DNA of 31,841 nucleotides from NCBI GenBank assembly GCA_036564585.1, contig DATCOR010000308.1, forward strand, positions 1 through 31,841, written 5' to 3'. The notes under the pieces were generated by a model. It did not search any database. It was not told the origin of the DNA and saw only the letters and a list, made by a program, of their open reading frames with translations. Within the stretch, counting starts at the first letter, position 1; every line of letters starts with the position of its first letter. Source of the DNA: Candidatus Limnocylindria bacterium. GTDB taxonomy: Bacteria; Chloroflexota; Limnocylindria; P2-11E. Of the stretch, positions 31,638 through 31,841 are shown piece after piece. The translations under genes were made by a program, and so were the position numbers.

Positions 31638-31841
31638 GTGGCCGATCGGCTGCGTTTGGCGCTGGTTTTTCACCAGCACCAGCCAGCGGGGAACTTCCCC
31701 CATGTATTCGCTGACGTAGCCGAGCGCGCGTATGCGCCGCTCGTGGCTGCGCTCTATCGGCACCCCGAAGTGAAGGCGACCCTCCACTTCTCCGGGCCGC
31801 TCCTGGACTGGCTCGAGGGCAACCGGCCCGATGTCATCGGC
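31638..31841 (+). CDS. GH57 alpha-amylase / 4-alpha-glucanotransferase (5' part; runs off window end)
   Basis: Not in ORF track. Translation MADRLRLALVFHQHQPAGNFPHVFADVAERAYAPLVAAL...LHFSGPLLDWL matches the GH57 H(N/Q)HQP and SGPLL motifs. Confidence 0.85.
   Translation, partial: MADRLRLALVFHQHQPAGNFPHVFADVAERAYAPLVAALYRHPEVKATLHFSGPLLDWLEGNRPDVIG

Noticed and set aside
127-31787. Most remaining ORF-track entries (alternate-frame and antisense ORFs)
   Set aside because: They overlap well-supported genes, are Arg/Pro/Ala/Gly-rich and carry no family motifs, as expected for shadow ORFs in high-GC DNA.

Overview
High-GC bacterial chromosomal window, most consistent with a monoderm soil lineage such as Chloroflexota or an Actinomycetota-like organism (inferred from gene content, not measured). 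It holds about 35 protein genes and one tRNA-Thr(CGT); I found no IS, integrase, CRISPR array or rRNA. From left to right: the start of a branched-chain amino-acid ABC transporter operon; an OCD/mu-crystallin-family gene; two endonuclease III paralogues flanking a SigR/RsrA-type ECF sigma/zinc anti-sigma pair; a cNMP-binding/SLC13-like permease fusion; a general stress protein; an M81 peptidase; an Ig-decorated SpoIID/LytB enzyme; a CBS protein; a class III cyclase fusion; a collagen-like protein; small stress/metal proteins; a PPi-type PFK; an MFS transporter; Ku; a lower-GC DUF1214/DUF1254 pair next to the tRNA; a GNAT; a Rieske oxygenase; a GH57 branching enzyme; a ferric-reductase-like/FMN-bind/ApbE flavinylation triad; bL25; and the start of a second GH57. 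The most notable signals are absent from the ORF track: (1) a 20-aa Lys-rich microprotein (MPAKKKAAKKTAKKKSSKKK) with its own -35, extended SD and terminators directly behind sigma/anti-sigma; (2) a PFK whose N-terminus can only be made from an ACG start or UGA read-through; (3) a relay of ATGA-coupled mini-ORFs downstream of the tRNA; (4) a symmetric 33-bp bidirectional leaderless promoter; and (5) a class III cyclase with both base-specifying residues changed. All family assignments are by motif recognition; no database search was run.
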